Program-made: the position numbers and the translations under genes
Origin: an uncultured Desulfarculus sp.
Lineage (GTDB): Bacteria; Desulfobacterota; Desulfarculia; Desulfarculales; Desulfarculaceae
Reading direction: 5' to 3'
Length of the DNA: 64,000 nt
Assembly: GCA_963665125.2 (NCBI GenBank)
Contig: CAXXUK010000001.1
Span: 3,264,001 to 3,328,000, forward strand
The notes under the pieces: generated by a model
Told to the model about the DNA's origin: nothing
What the model saw: the letters and a program-made list of their open reading frames with translations, nothing else
The model's database searches: none
Part shown: one piece after another, positions 50,274 to 61,277 of the stretch
Position numbering within the stretch: position 1 is the first letter of the stretch
How the letters are laid out: each line of letters starts with the position of its first letter

Positions 50274-50447
50274 TTTTTATGTGCGCACCTGTTTTTGGTT
50301 TACACCACGGGGATGCACTCGCTGTATATACCGGCGCTGCCGAAAAACGTCAAGGGTAAAAGGCTGAAGCTGTGATTGATTTCACCCTTGTACACCCGCC
50401 CTTAACATGCTATACGCCAGTTTGGGCATTACCTTTTGGGGGGAAAC

Positions 50448-51503
50448 ATGCTGGCAAAAGTAAAATCAATGGCTGTGTTGGGGGTAGGGGCCTTTCCCGT
50501 GGAGGTGGAGGTGGACTTGGCCCAGGGTCTACCCACGTTCACCACCGTGGGTCTGCCCGAAGGAGCGGTACGCGAATCAAAAGAGCGAGTGCGTTCGGCT
50601 CTGACCAATTCCGGCGCGGCCATGCCCCTTAACCGGATTACCGTGAACCTTGCTCCGGCCGATGTGCGAAAGGAAGGCTCGGGATTCGACCTGCCCATGG
50701 CCGTGGGCCTTCTGGCCGCCGCTGGGGCCGTGCCCGCCGATTCGCTGAACGGCTTGGCGATAGTCGGAGAACTGGCCCTGGACGAAGCTATCAGGCCGGT
50801 GCGAGGCTGCCTGCCCATGGCCGCCAAGGCTATAGAGCAAGGCGTCACCAAATTGATAGTACCGGCTGACAACGCCAAGGAAGCGGCCATTGTCCAGAGC
50901 CTGGAAGTATTCGCCGCGCCCGACCTGGGCAGGGTCATCGCCCATTTGCGGGGCGGTGAGCCCTTTGAAAAGGTTCAGGCCGACCCGGCTCTAGCCATGA
51001 GCCAGGCGGCCTACTACAGTGTCGACCTCAACGAAGTGCGGGGCCAGGAACACGTCAAACGGGCCCTGACCATAGCAGCGGCTGGCGGCCACAACATGCT
51101 CATGGTCGGTCCGCCCGGCAGCGGCAAGACCATGCTGGCCCGACGCCTGCCCACCATTTTGCCGCCGCTCAGTTTTGACGAAGCCCTGGAGGTGGCCAGG
51201 GTTGCTTCGGTGGCCGGCATGCTGCCCTCGGATAAAGCATTGGTGGCGGCCCGTCCCTTTCGCGCGCCCCACCACACCAGCAGCGACGCCGGGCTCATCG
51301 GCGGAGGCACGGTGCCCCGGCCCGGTGAGGTCAGCCTGGCCCACCATGGGGTGTTGTTTTTGGACGAACTGCCGGAATTCAAGAAAAGCGTTCTGGAAGT
51401 CCTGCGCCAGCCTCTGGAGGACGGAAGGGTGACCATCACCAGGGCCGCGGCCACGGTGGATTTCCCGGCCATGCTCATGCTGGTGGCAGCCATGAATCCC
51501 TGA
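50448..51503 (+). pseudogene. comM: 5' part of comM/yifB (Mg-chelatase-like AAA+), interrupted by an integrated element
   Basis: [36 protein letters not shown] and LFLDELPEF. Stops at AAMNP, where the family normally continues CPCG. GC content drops right after. Confidence 0.93.
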
Positions 51504-52992
51504 CGTTGTGTTGCTGTGTTGACGCGTTCTTTTCAAGTTCCTTGAAAAATGGCAAGTAGTGAAATTCGATGGATATCTCGTCTTCGTGGATGACGATTTT
51601 ATCGGTGATAGCCTCGACTATCTGTCTTTGCTTTTCAAAATCAAGCATATCCCACCGGTTATAGAGCGAATGGGCTTCCGATTGGATTTGTTCAGAGGAG
51701 AGAGACCTAATTTTCAATAGGTCAATTTCTGCCTGGAGCTGGGGAATTTCTTGTTCCAGTTGGGCGAACCTTTCCTCCAGCGGTCGGTAATTGCGATCAA
51801 AACCATTAGAAGAAATTTTGTCATCCATGTAGAGACGGTAAATCTTGTCCATCTCAGCCTGGACCTTTTTCTTCTCTTCCGTCAGGACCGTGAGTCTTTC
51901 CGACCTCTGGACGATCTGGTCATCTGACTGGTGCAGGTAAGTTTGTAGATCTTCATCAGAAAGCAGAAAGTCCTTCAGTTGCTCCTGATAAATCGCATTG
52001 AGGTCATCTATCGGAATTTTGTTCTTACAAGCCTTGCAGACATATTGGGGAGAGCTACTGAAGACATACATCTTGCCGCCACAGTGGCAATAGGCCAAGC
52101 CTGGGAAAAGATGCTTGGCAGTTTTACGGCTAATCTTTTCCCGTGAGGTTCTCTGTTTATCTAAAAATTCGTTACATTCTCTGAAAAGCTCTTCAGAAAC
52201 AATGGGCTCCGATTCAACATATATCCATTCGTCTTCAGGTTTTAAGGTCCAGGCTTTACCTTCTCCCAGGCTTTGGGTGTAATTGGCTCTTCTGGTCCCG
52301 ATGACAATGGGATCTCTAAGTAGACGGTCAATGGTGGTGTCGGAGAATTTCGCTCCCTTTCTAGTGCGGTAGCCCTTCTCGTTGAGAATCCTGGCGACAG
52401 TCTTTTTCCTTTTATGCTCATTGAAGAGTTCAAATATGAGCTTTCGGATAGGAGCCTCATTTTCATCCAGAACCAGTACCTTGTTCTCCCAGCGGTAGCC
52501 GAAAGGGGCTGCTCCACCGGTGGACTTGCCCATTTTGGCTCTGACGGGGACGGAAGCCTTGACTCGTTCGGATATCTCTTCTCTCTCCCATTGGGCCATG
52601 GCGGCAATCATGGTGTAGAAAAGGCGGCCTGCCGGGGAAGTGGTGTCAATGGCCTCTCCCAGAGAAACCATACCGGCTTCATGCTCCTGGAAGATGTCTG
52701 AGATGTCTAACAGGTCTTTGGTGTTTCTGGCTAACCTGGCTAGCTTGGAAAAGATGAGGGCTTCAATATGGCCGTTTTTAATGTCTGTTAGCATCCGCTG
52801 GGCTTCAGGATGCCCCAGGACGCTTTTGCCTGATACTCCAGAGAGGTCATAGAGTTTAATCACCTCCCAGCCTTTGGCCTCGGCATAATATCTGGCTCGG
52901 CGCTCGTGGTGCTCAGGGGATTCTCCTTGGGCTTGGTCAGCCGTTGAAACCCTGACCCAGATGCCCACTCTTTTTCTGAGCTTTCGTTCCAT
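51475..52992 (-). CDS. Large serine recombinase 1
   Basis: RVST catalytic motif, ARLARN, recombinase domain, Cys cluster and coiled coil. The C-terminus reads across the junction into comM. ATG at 52992. Confidence 0.95.
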   Translation of the reverse strand: MERKLRKRVGIWVRVSTADQAQGESPEHHERRARYYAEAKGWEVIKLYDLSGVSGKSVLGHPEAQRMLTDIKNGHIEALIFSKLARLARNTKDLLDISDIFQEHEAGMVSLGEAIDTTSPAGRLFYTMIAAMAQWEREEISERVKASVPVRAKMGKSTGGAAPFGYRWENKVLVLDENEAPIRKLIFELFNEHKRKKTVARILNEKGYRTRKGAKFSDTTIDRLLRDPIVIGTRRANYTQSLGEGKAWTLKPEDEWIYVESEPIVSEELFRECNEFLDKQRTSREKISRKTAKHLFPGLAYCHCGGKMYVFSSSPQYVCKACKNKIPIDDLNAIYQEQLKDFLLSDEDLQTYLHQSDDQIVQRSERLTVLTEEKKKVQAEMDKIYRLYMDDKISSNGFDRNYRPLEERFAQLEQEIPQLQAEIDLLKIRSLSSEQIQSEAHSLYNRWDMLDFEKQRQIVEAITDKIVIHEDEISIEFHYLPFFKELEKNASTQQHNVRDSWLPPA

Positions 52993-53153
52993 GGGAACAC
53001 CCCTTAACGGTTGTAGGCTGCGAGATATTTCAAAGTATCTCATAAAACCAGGGTGTTCCTCAACAGGGCAACACAAGGTATTTGCGTTTATATTATCTAT
53101 TTGAAATTAAATATGATTATTGGTTGGTATAAGAACTTGGCGTTTGGAAGTCG

Positions 53154-56100
53154 TTACTTTTCCATCTTCTTCATGGAATCAATAATCAGCTTGGCAATGG
53201 CTTCCTGCTTTTGTTTCTGCTCTTTGGGATCACCGGCTTTATATTTCACCTTCACCCGGTATCCCCGAACAGTTTTTTCATTTTCAAGACGTTTTGCGCT
53301 TTTCGCATCCAGGAACGTTATGAACTCTTCGGGTAGTAGGTAGTGAATCCTTTGCTGATCGTCATCGTTAATCGTTTCTTGGACCAACCGACGAATTTGG
53401 TTGAGCTTCTTTCTCTCATGCGTAAGAAGCACAATATCGCTATAGCCGTGAGCCAAGCATTTTTGAATATTATCCAATTCGTGTTGAGCGGAGGTGGAGA
53501 CACTAATCTCACAGGCGATTTTTCCTCCATCCTTCTCAAGAGAAACGTCAACTAACCCGTGCCCAGCCAAAATCGATTCTTCCAGGCTGGCAATATAACC
53601 GTGTTCCTGGCCGATTCGTTTAATCAAGCGCTGGAGATACTGGTGCTGGGCCCCGCCTCTTCCGGCGGGAGCTGGCTTTTGGGGTTCGTTAGGCGAAAAG
53701 ACAGGTTGTGATCTCTCTTGTGGCTCTTCTTTTTCTACAACTCTCGGCCTGTTGGTTTTAGGTGGGAGCGTAGGGGATGGTTTGACTGGAGCCTCTTCCT
53801 CCTCCTTGTCGGGATAGAGTTCGGCTAGGACAGTCTCTATTGGCACTCCAAAATTGGCTCTTGAAGCCGCTATTATCTCCTCCCGGCTGGCCTGCGCATC
53901 ATTGTCAGGGGCGACAGGAAGGTTTTCAGTCTTCAGGTTAAAATCATACTGAGCCTGTTCAATGCGGCCAATCGCTTCCCCTATACCCAAGCTTTGTAGG
54001 TCGCGGGCATCGAAATATGAAAAACCAGAGGCTAATTTAGCTGCGTCAGCTTCTCCCAGGCGGAAGCAGATGCGGGTATAGGGGTTGGACAGAACGCTAC
54101 TGGCTACCTCCTTGTCCTTGGCTGCCAGCTGCCTCAATTCTTGGTGGGCCAAGATTAACCCCAGGTTGTACTTCCTGGCCCCGGAAAGGATGGATTCCAT
54201 GGAAGGGGTGACGAAGTTCTGAAACTCATCGATGTAGAGATAGAACGGCTGGCGTTTCTTCTGGTCTATTTCTTGGCGGGAAAGAGCGATTTGGTGAATC
54301 TTGGCAACTAACAGAGCCCCTAGCAGGTATGAGTTTTCTTCTCCGATACCACCATGAGAGAGCTTAGCTAAAAATATTTTCCTGTGGTTCATAATGCTGG
54401 AAAAGTCAATCCGGCTGGTTTTTTGGCCAACTAAGTGCCGGATGGGCTTGGGCCGCAGGAAGGTATCCAAACGAGTGAGAACTGAAGCCTGAGGACGACC
54501 GGAAAGCAGTGGAAATTCTTTTTCCCAGTAATAGACAATTTCTTGATCTTCTACAGTTTTTAAGAAGTTGTCCCGAAAAGACTTGTCGATTAAGAAGCGC
54601 CTCAGTGTCATTAAGGTGCCGCCCTCACGGCTCTCAAGCATAGCCAAGATGCCATTGGCCAGGACCACGTTCATTTGATCGCCCCAGGACGTGGACAATC
54701 GGCGAAAGACACCGGTCAAATCAGAAGCTAAGAGCGTTTTCTCAGTTTCACTAGCAGCGCTGAAGATATTGAAGGGAATAGGATGTTCTTCATCAGCCGG
54801 ATTAAACAGGATTACATCGTCTTTTCGGTCTTTCGGGATGAAGCTTAAAATATGGTCGACCAAGTCGCCATGGGGGTCAAGAACTGCTACTCCCTGTCCA
54901 TTTTGAATGTCCTGGATAATCAAATTGAGCAGAAGCGTGGACTTGCCGGTTCCTGAAGCGCCTACCATATACATGTGGCGCATCCGCTGATCTTGGCTGA
55001 GAGTTACCTCAAGCTGCTCACCCTGATGTGTATTGGTGCCTAAGAGTAGTTGGTTGCCATTGGCAATTGCCGGAGCCTTCTTGGTTTTGAGAAGAGCACG
55101 ATGAAATTTCTCTGTTTGGATAGAGCTATCTGGAAAATGGACGAGATTAAGAAGCTCATCGGCATTTAGAAGCATTCCTGAACGATGAGTTTGCCGTTCA
55201 AGTACATCATCAACATGAATCTCTGAGGGGTAGCCATCGTTCGTAAGAGGAACCAGTTTGTTCCCGGTAGGGTTGTTGAACTGGCTAATAGCCCCGCCAA
55301 GGCTCCGTACTAGGTTGTGCGCCACTTCCCAGTTGCTGCTATTGGCTCCAATGCGGATGAGAGCCCCGTAGAGCGAAGATGTGAGCTTTTGTTTACATGC
55401 TGGCACCAACTCAGGGGCATCGGAAAAGAATGGCGTACCGTCCCAATCCAGAACTGACCGAGTCAGGCTCTCAGCCCAAGGGTTGCGAGCCGGGCAGAAT
55501 AGAACCTGTACGATACCTACCTCATCTCCCTGGCAAGCTGAAAGAGCGCCAATAATCCCAATGAGCGGGTCAATATCAAAAGTATTCTGGGTGGTTAAAG
55601 GAAACATACCCTCATTGGCCAAGCCAAAGTCAACAACCAAAGAGTATTCATCGTGTTTCCAGAGTTGCCTCAAATATTCCCGTTCTTGAGTGACGGTGGC
55701 CTGTGGGGCATAGGCTTGCAGTTGGGTACGAAGGTTAGGGGCGTCTTTTCCCCTAGAAGTGAATTGGAGGACCACCTGCGTGGAGGAGCCAATAATTTCA
55801 AAACTTAAGGGGCAATGAGCATAGCCCTGAGACGCCAGGAATTGCCCAGCCCTCTTTTTGGAGCTAGCGTAATCTGTGGGAAGGGCAATCTGGAATTCAA
55901 CTATATCCCCTTCTGGCAGGTAAATATCAGGAGGTTCATCGTCAAGATCACATGGTATGTCATAGGCTTCAGTGACAGGTTGCTGCTTGGCAGAAGAAAA
56001 ATACGTTTTTACTTTGTCAGCGAATGAACTTAAGAACGTAGGCTTCCTTGCATCATCAATGATTTGATGCTGGTTGGGAAAATAATGACCTAGAAATGGG

Positions 56101-56249
56101 GTAAATGGAGGCTCAGGGGATACTGGATAGTCCCACAGCCAGTAGCCACGTGTGCGCTCTTCCCACTGATAGAACTGTTGTGTCAGGAGGGCCGTCTGTT
56201 CACTGGCTGTCCAGTTCGTACCTACGTGTGGGTGATCGTCTCCCATCAT
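53154..56249 (-). CDS. VirD4/TraD/HerA-like ATPase with C-terminal PD-(D/E)xK-like domain
   Basis: RHMYMVGASGTGKS, DPHGD, LYIDEFQ and ARKY..AHQ. After a Pro-rich linker comes H....VDV..IACEI. Confidence 0.82.
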   Translation of the reverse strand: MMGDDHPHVGTNWTASEQTALLTQQFYQWEERTRGYWLWDYPVSPEPPFTPFLGHYFPNQHQIIDDARKPTFLSSFADKVKTYFSSAKQQPVTEAYDIPCDLDDEPPDIYLPEGDIVEFQIALPTDYASSKKRAGQFLASQGYAHCPLSFEIIGSSTQVVLQFTSRGKDAPNLRTQLQAYAPQATVTQEREYLRQLWKHDEYSLVVDFGLANEGMFPLTTQNTFDIDPLIGIIGALSACQGDEVGIVQVLFCPARNPWAESLTRSVLDWDGTPFFSDAPELVPACKQKLTSSLYGALIRIGANSSNWEVAHNLVRSLGGAISQFNNPTGNKLVPLTNDGYPSEIHVDDVLERQTHRSGMLLNADELLNLVHFPDSSIQTEKFHRALLKTKKAPAIANGNQLLLGTNTHQGEQLEVTLSQDQRMRHMYMVGASGTGKSTLLLNLIIQDIQNGQGVAVLDPHGDLVDHILSFIPKDRKDDVILFNPADEEHPIPFNIFSAASETEKTLLASDLTGVFRRLSTSWGDQMNVVLANGILAMLESREGGTLMTLRRFLIDKSFRDNFLKTVEDQEIVYYWEKEFPLLSGRPQASVLTRLDTFLRPKPIRHLVGQKTSRIDFSSIMNHRKIFLAKLSHGGIGEENSYLLGALLVAKIHQIALSRQEIDQKKRQPFYLYIDEFQNFVTPSMESILSGARKYNLGLILAHQELRQLAAKDKEVASSVLSNPYTRICFRLGEADAAKLASGFSYFDARDLQSLGIGEAIGRIEQAQYDFNLKTENLPVAPDNDAQASREEIIAASRANFGVPIETVLAELYPDKEEEEAPVKPSPTLPPKTNRPRVVEKEEPQERSQPVFSPNEPQKPAPAGRGGAQHQYLQRLIKRIGQEHGYIASLEESILAGHGLVDVSLEKDGGKIACEISVSTSAQHELDNIQKCLAHGYSDIVLLTHERKKLNQIRRLVQETINDDDQQRIHYLLPEEFITFLDAKSAKRLENEKTVRGYRVKVKYKAGDPKEQKQKQEAIAKLIIDSMKKMEK

Positions 56250-56746
56250 TACAAGTCAAAGAAGTCGCGCATGATCGGTTTACGGGCATCATCTGATAGG
56301 GCTCTCAGACCCTTGGCCGAGGTCATTCCGTCTATTACTTCCAGAACGGCAGAATGAATTAGAGCCTGGAACATGGCCGCAGTGTCAATCTGGTAGTAGG
56401 TGATCGGCTTAATAAATTTAGAAAAGAGGGGACCTATAATGGGTATACTTATGACTAGTTGTGTAAAACCTGAAGGGACTTCTCCCAGCCACCAGGAGAC
56501 AAAGAACCCGTTGCCAAAGGGAGCCCCACAAATATCGAAAGCCAGATTCTTTCTTTTTATTCGGAGATACTCTCGTTTAGCGGAAATTAATCCACCTTCT
56601 TTCCAATCTACTCGGGCATGCCTAGTGTTCGGCACCGATTTGTTACTGATGGCTGATTCAACGGATTGAAAGAATTGTTTTGGGCTAGCTTCCAGACCTT
56701 CTACCATAGTGTTCCAGTGAGATAGAATTATGAGCCCTTTAGTCAT
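56249..56746 (-). CDS. Hypothetical membrane-associated protein coupled to the ATPase
   Basis: 165 aa with one hydrophobic segment; TAATG overlap with the ATPase gene. Confidence 0.75.
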   Translation of the reverse strand: MTKGLIILSHWNTMVEGLEASPKQFFQSVESAISNKSVPNTRHARVDWKEGGLISAKREYLRIKRKNLAFDICGAPFGNGFFVSWWLGEVPSGFTQLVISIPIIGPLFSKFIKPITYYQIDTAAMFQALIHSAVLEVIDGMTSAKGLRALSDDARKPIMRDFFDL

Positions 56747-56864
56747 ATGTACCCCCCTCGTTCATTATAAGGTGCGAGTGCTTAGATGATAGTGCTGCAA
56801 TGGTCAAATAAAATTGATCAAAGTATATTATTATTAAAAATTATCTTCCTAGATTTTTTACATC

Positions 56865-57755
56865 TTATAAACTAAATAAGCTAAGAACGCCATAGCTAGG
56901 ATGAATTGCATTTTGGAGCCGGTCAATATTCACTTCTTCTGCAACTTCATTGGGGTGAAACCATCCCAATGATTCTATTAATTTGTTTTCGGTTTCTTCT
57001 TCATCTTTTAAACTTTTTAGCTTTTCAACTCGTTTTAAAAATAAACGTGTTGATGTTGGCAATGGCGCATAGTTGTTTTGCAATGAAGGCTCAGCAGAGT
57101 AAATACCCCATAAGCCATCGTCAGGTTTTTCGTTTAAAGTTGATACATGTAATGTGGTATATCCCGTTTTTTTTGTTACGTTATTAATATTCTCAAACGC
57201 TAAAAATATACTTGATTTTTCAATAGGGGATAATGAGCCTTTAAATCCCCAGAGTGGGTCATGATGATCGCGGCTATTAATATATCTATAAGTTGTCATA
57301 TATGAGGTTATTGTTTTGCTAAATTTATTAATTTTCTCTACTTTAACTAGAGTTTTGTAAATATTTTTTTGTGGCTCATTGATATTCAGCCAATTAAACC
57401 AGCAATAGTAGTAACCTTGATAATTTTGCTCATACTCAGGCAGTCTGCTTGCGTTACTGTCTCTAGTGTAGGCTAATGTTCTTTCGCCAATCTTTTTAAA
57501 TGAATAGATATCTTCTATAAAATCTAATAGATCTTTTTTTAAAGTTTCAATTGAAATTCCTGCCACATCCATTATTTTATCTATAGTTTCATCGTGGGGT
57601 ATAGTGCCTGTTAGCCAGCTTTTAATGCCAGGTTTTGGAGCCGAAATACCCTTGGCTTTTAGTCGTTCTGGAAATACATTTTTACCAACGATGTGTAGAA
57701 TTATACATAATTTAGCATGAAAATCATCTATCATGTATCTCATCAGATCCACCAA
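56865..57755 (-). CDS. Hypothetical protein, possible N-terminal HTH regulator
   Basis: 296-aa AT-rich ORF. IKSWLTG.IP...IDKI...GIS resembles XRE HTH. Confidence 0.55.
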   Translation of the reverse strand: MVDLMRYMIDDFHAKLCIILHIVGKNVFPERLKAKGISAPKPGIKSWLTGTIPHDETIDKIMDVAGISIETLKKDLLDFIEDIYSFKKIGERTLAYTRDSNASRLPEYEQNYQGYYYCWFNWLNINEPQKNIYKTLVKVEKINKFSKTITSYMTTYRYINSRDHHDPLWGFKGSLSPIEKSSIFLAFENINNVTKKTGYTTLHVSTLNEKPDDGLWGIYSAEPSLQNNYAPLPTSTRLFLKRVEKLKSLKDEEETENKLIESLGWFHPNEVAEEVNIDRLQNAIHPSYGVLSLFSL

Positions 57756-58220
57756 TTATTATAAGAAAAGTTTGCATCAATTGCCTCGTAAAGAAGCGAC
57801 ACATTGTTTTCCGTACAAGGTTGATTCTTCAAATAACCTGTTAACAGTCCTGCAACTAGCAGGCATGCCGTGCCCTTAACCGGTAAAGCTGGCTACCAAA
57901 CGCCTATCACTTGGTACGCGAAAGCGAGTAGTAGATGACATTATAAACCAGTAGACTCAAGAAACGATCTAAATTTTATTCTAATTTCTGGCATTTTGTA
58001 TCTATTTGTATTTTATTGCTTTTTGTTTTTTGTTTAATTCGATTAAATTGTGCATAAGTCTATTAAATTTATATTAAATCCTTGCGATATTTCTTAAGTA
58101 TTTGTTTTAATTAGCCATTTACCTCTTTTTATTGTTGACATGGGTCGAACTGCTGGGTTAGACATATAACTATAAATTTGAGGTCAATATCAAAACTCTC
58201 AAATTGATAGGAGACTGAGG

Positions 58221-58415
58221 ATGACAAAGATCACCAAGGAGTTTGTGACCTATTGCCCTAAGTCCGATTCTCTTAGGCTAATCATTGGGACAGACGATTT
58301 CGGGTTGGCCGTAACAAGAGAAATGACAGCCGATGAAATCAAAAATATTAAGGATAAGCCTGAGGTTACGGAGGATGATTGCGAAGGAAATAAAAATAAC
58401 CCCTTGTATCTTTAA
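58221..58415 (+). CDS. Small hypothetical protein
   Basis: 64 aa with an AGGAG RBS. Confidence 0.55.
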   Translation: MTKITKEFVTYCPKSDSLRLIIGTDDFGLAVTREMTADEIKNIKDKPEVTEDDCEGNKNNPLYL

Positions 58416-58659
58416 AAAGATACAAGGGGATGGCATAGATTGAGGCACGCTTAGCACCTGTTATCTTGACCTTGCTTTCCAGGGCGCGAGTCAGGATAAC
58501 GACCACAGCTGAGCAGTAGCACTCTACCCTACACCTGTATTTGTATGGTAGCAAAATATATATAATGTTGTCAAGTGGTTAGGCTTTGTTTTGAATCGGA
58601 GAATTTACTAAGGATAAAAGATGCAATAACTAGGAATGGCTTAAAACACGGAGGGCAAA

Positions 58660-58857
58660 ATGTTTCTACGTGAAAAGAGCATCAAACAGGCCGAGATTGA
58701 TGATCAACTTAATGCATTAAAAGCAATCACAGGAATAATGCATAACAAGTTGCCATGCGGATGGACCTCTCCACTTAATAACACTTTTGAAAAGAAGGGG
58801 AAGAATCATGTAGTTGAAATGCCTGAAATAAAAGCCCACACAGGATTTATCCTTTAG
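58660..58857 (+). CDS. Small hypothetical protein
   Basis: 65 aa with a GGAGG RBS. Confidence 0.55.
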   Translation: MFLREKSIKQAEIDDQLNALKAITGIMHNKLPCGWTSPLNNTFEKKGKNHVVEMPEIKAHTGFIL

Positions 58858-59191
58858 TGTGGGCACGCAGAGCATGAAGCTTTACAAGGATGCTGGCCTG
58901 AGAAGATTTGGCGATCGCCAGACCAGCCTATTAATTCACAGACTCCATGCTACCTCGTGTTTTGATGGTAGCACGGAAGCGGTAACTTGTCAAGTTTGCT
59001 AATCAATTGGCAAGTACAATCAAGTTGAACCGCAGAAAGGTGGCTACCAATATGAATTTCCTGCCCTAAATCACATCAGGACAGTGCCTGTCTAATCTAA
59101 TGGTTCTTAGCTTCAGGAGCTCAACAGAAGACTAAGTACCGTAGTTTGGAACTAGTTCTGAACACGTCTAACGGAAAATGGGAGAGATACA

Positions 59192-59635
59192 ATGAACGCA
59201 ATAATTCGGAAGTCAACGATCGGCCTATTACTGATTGGGCTGATGACCGGTGTTTTAACCACCAATTTCGCCAATGCCATGTCACCTGGAGCGGTAAAAG
59301 GCTTCCTTGCGGTGGCAGATGCAGCCCAAAACCTTAAAGGCCAAATAACAATTTCCGAAGAAATTTCCCTTGATGGGAGAAACAATACCGAAACAACTCA
59401 GGCAGTGAACATGGTTGATGGTGTTGATGTCGGAAATTCAATTCAGGTTCTTTTGGCTGATAAGGCCACATTCACCATGCAAAACAGTGAAATTAGTATT
59501 CAGGCCGGAAACCTTGTCCGTGGGGCAGATGCGAAGGGCATTCTTCAGTTGAGTGTTGTAGACGATGTCACTTTCGTAATGCGAGATTCAAGCCGGTCTA
59601 CTCAATGTCTTAACTGCATAGCTGGAAGTAACTAA
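59192..59635 (+). CDS. Secreted beta-rich protein with Q-x-x-N repeats
   Basis: Signal peptide ending ANA; QAVN, QAGN and QCLN motifs. Confidence 0.7.
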   Translation: MNAIIRKSTIGLLLIGLMTGVLTTNFANAMSPGAVKGFLAVADAAQNLKGQITISEEISLDGRNNTETTQAVNMVDGVDVGNSIQVLLADKATFTMQNSEISIQAGNLVRGADAKGILQLSVVDDVTFVMRDSSRSTQCLNCIAGSN

Positions 59636-59693
59636 TAGGAAGTAAATGCGGTGGCGCTTGGTTGCGCCACCGCCCCACCTGGGAGGACAAAAC

Positions 59694-59990
59694 ATGAAAA
59701 CAGCAAGTACACTTTTCGCAATCGCATTGATAATCTGTCAAGCAGATGTGTGCTTCTCAGATCATGTGCAGGCGCCTCAACCTCCTTCACTGAGTAGCAC
59801 AATAAATCCAGCAGCTATTGAGTTGGCAGTGTCTAATGCTGCCCGGAAAAAAGCAAATTCCATTAAAACAGAGGGTGGCTCCGACAATACATCTCCGAGT
59901 ATTGCCATCAATTACAATACCAGTAATGCTGCGTTCGGGGTAGAAATGATCTCGATAATAAACAGCCTAACGGTATACAACGAAAAGTAG
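59694..59990 (+). CDS. Small secreted Ser/Asn-rich protein
   Basis: GGAGG RBS and signal-peptide-like N-terminus. Confidence 0.65.
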   Translation: MKTASTLFAIALIICQADVCFSDHVQAPQPPSLSSTINPAAIELAVSNAARKKANSIKTEGGSDNTSPSIAINYNTSNAAFGVEMISIINSLTVYNEK

Positions 59991-60070
59991 ACCCAAAGAG
60001 CTCTTAGCCATTTTGATGTAAACGGTGAGCATACAAAATGGCTAAGAGTCTGCCCCAAAGAGAGGTACTA

Positions 60071-61267
60071 ATGAAGTTAAATCAAACAGGTTCATTGGTA
60101 TTGCTATCACTTATCATTTCAATGGCAGGCGGCTGTGCCAAAATGAGCCAATTAAATTCATTCTTTCCACAGCACACGCCTCAGCCAACTATCACGAGCA
60201 TGAGTAGTACTTTACAGTGTGTATCCAAACAACTCACAAATTTATTGGAGACTAATCCAAGTAAAAATTACCCAAGAATACTCTTGGTAGTAACTCAATT
60301 TGTTGATGGTTCGCGGCCTATACCTAGCTGGCTAGAAATGGCAACCCATAACCTTATATATCGATCGAATGGCGAAGCAATGGATTCGGGTAAGTATTCC
60401 TTTGAATCTGTTTTAGTGAATACAGTCCCGAACAGATTTATAGCAATTGTCGGAAGCACCTTTCAAAATCTTGAGTTAGTTGCACCAGAATATAATGGTC
60501 AAATACCAAAAAGCAAAATCCGTGCTATTTGTAGGCAATATAATGTGTCTAAAGTTCTAATAGTAAGAGGTGTTTTTTCCCAATGGGACGAGTCAGGTAA
60601 TACAAAAGGTAGTGCGGCTACGGCTCGTCAAGAAGGTAGTAGCGTCACAGTAGATGCCGGTTTTGGTCATAGCATAAACAGCCGCACTATTGCATTACAA
60701 GTATCGATGATTGACCCAAATTTAAATATAATTATTGGTAGTACAGAGCTATCGCTCACAATAGACGACGAGGCTGAAGAAGCAAATTTATCTATAGGTG
60801 CAGGTGAATTCTCTATTGGTTTCTCTGATTCGACTAGGATCATAGATAGTCCTGGTGGTGCTCAAAGGACTTTAATTGAAGCAGCTAGCCTTTGGTTAAT
60901 AGGAGGTCTCTTTGGAAATACCCTCGCAAAATCAGCTTTTGAAAGGTGTGTGTATTGTAACGATTGCGGCCCATCAAACACAATCATAGCATCGCAATGC
61001 TGGCGTAAACTTTCAAGTTCCCAGCGAGTTAAGGCACTTAAAGCTGGGCTTAAACAACTAGGATATTTTGAAGAACCGATTACGAATGGCGTTTATAATA
61101 GTCTGATACGCGATTCAATCAGACGATATGAAAAAGATAAGAATCTATGGCTCTCCCATTCTCAAAGTGATACTTGGCATCTTTTCCTTATGTTGTCGGA
61201 AGATATCGGCTGGGAAAACTATAAAAATGCAATGAAAATATACGCGGATATAAATGTAACCTCGTAA
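60071..61267 (+). CDS. CsgG/HfaB-like lipoprotein with C-terminal peptidoglycan-binding-like domain
   Basis: Lipobox AGGC; V..F.D; GVFSQWD; two Gly-rich beta-hairpins followed by IALQVSMID. C-terminal LKQLGY..G...IRRYE. Confidence 0.65.
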   Translation: MKLNQTGSLVLLSLIISMAGGCAKMSQLNSFFPQHTPQPTITSMSSTLQCVSKQLTNLLETNPSKNYPRILLVVTQFVDGSRPIPSWLEMATHNLIYRSNGEAMDSGKYSFESVLVNTVPNRFIAIVGSTFQNLELVAPEYNGQIPKSKIRAICRQYNVSKVLIVRGVFSQWDESGNTKGSAATARQEGSSVTVDAGFGHSINSRTIALQVSMIDPNLNIIIGSTELSLTIDDEAEEANLSIGAGEFSIGFSDSTRIIDSPGGAQRTLIEAASLWLIGGLFGNTLAKSAFERCVYCNDCGPSNTIIASQCWRKLSSSQRVKALKAGLKQLGYFEEPITNGVYNSLIRDSIRRYEKDKNLWLSHSQSDTWHLFLMLSEDIGWENYKNAMKIYADINVTS

Positions 61268-61277
61268 AGGAGAAATC

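Noticed and set aside
58826..58930. Loose resemblance to a c-di-GMP-I riboswitch
   Set aside because: Lacks the GNRA loop/receptor and P1 consensus; better explained as a minus-strand terminator.
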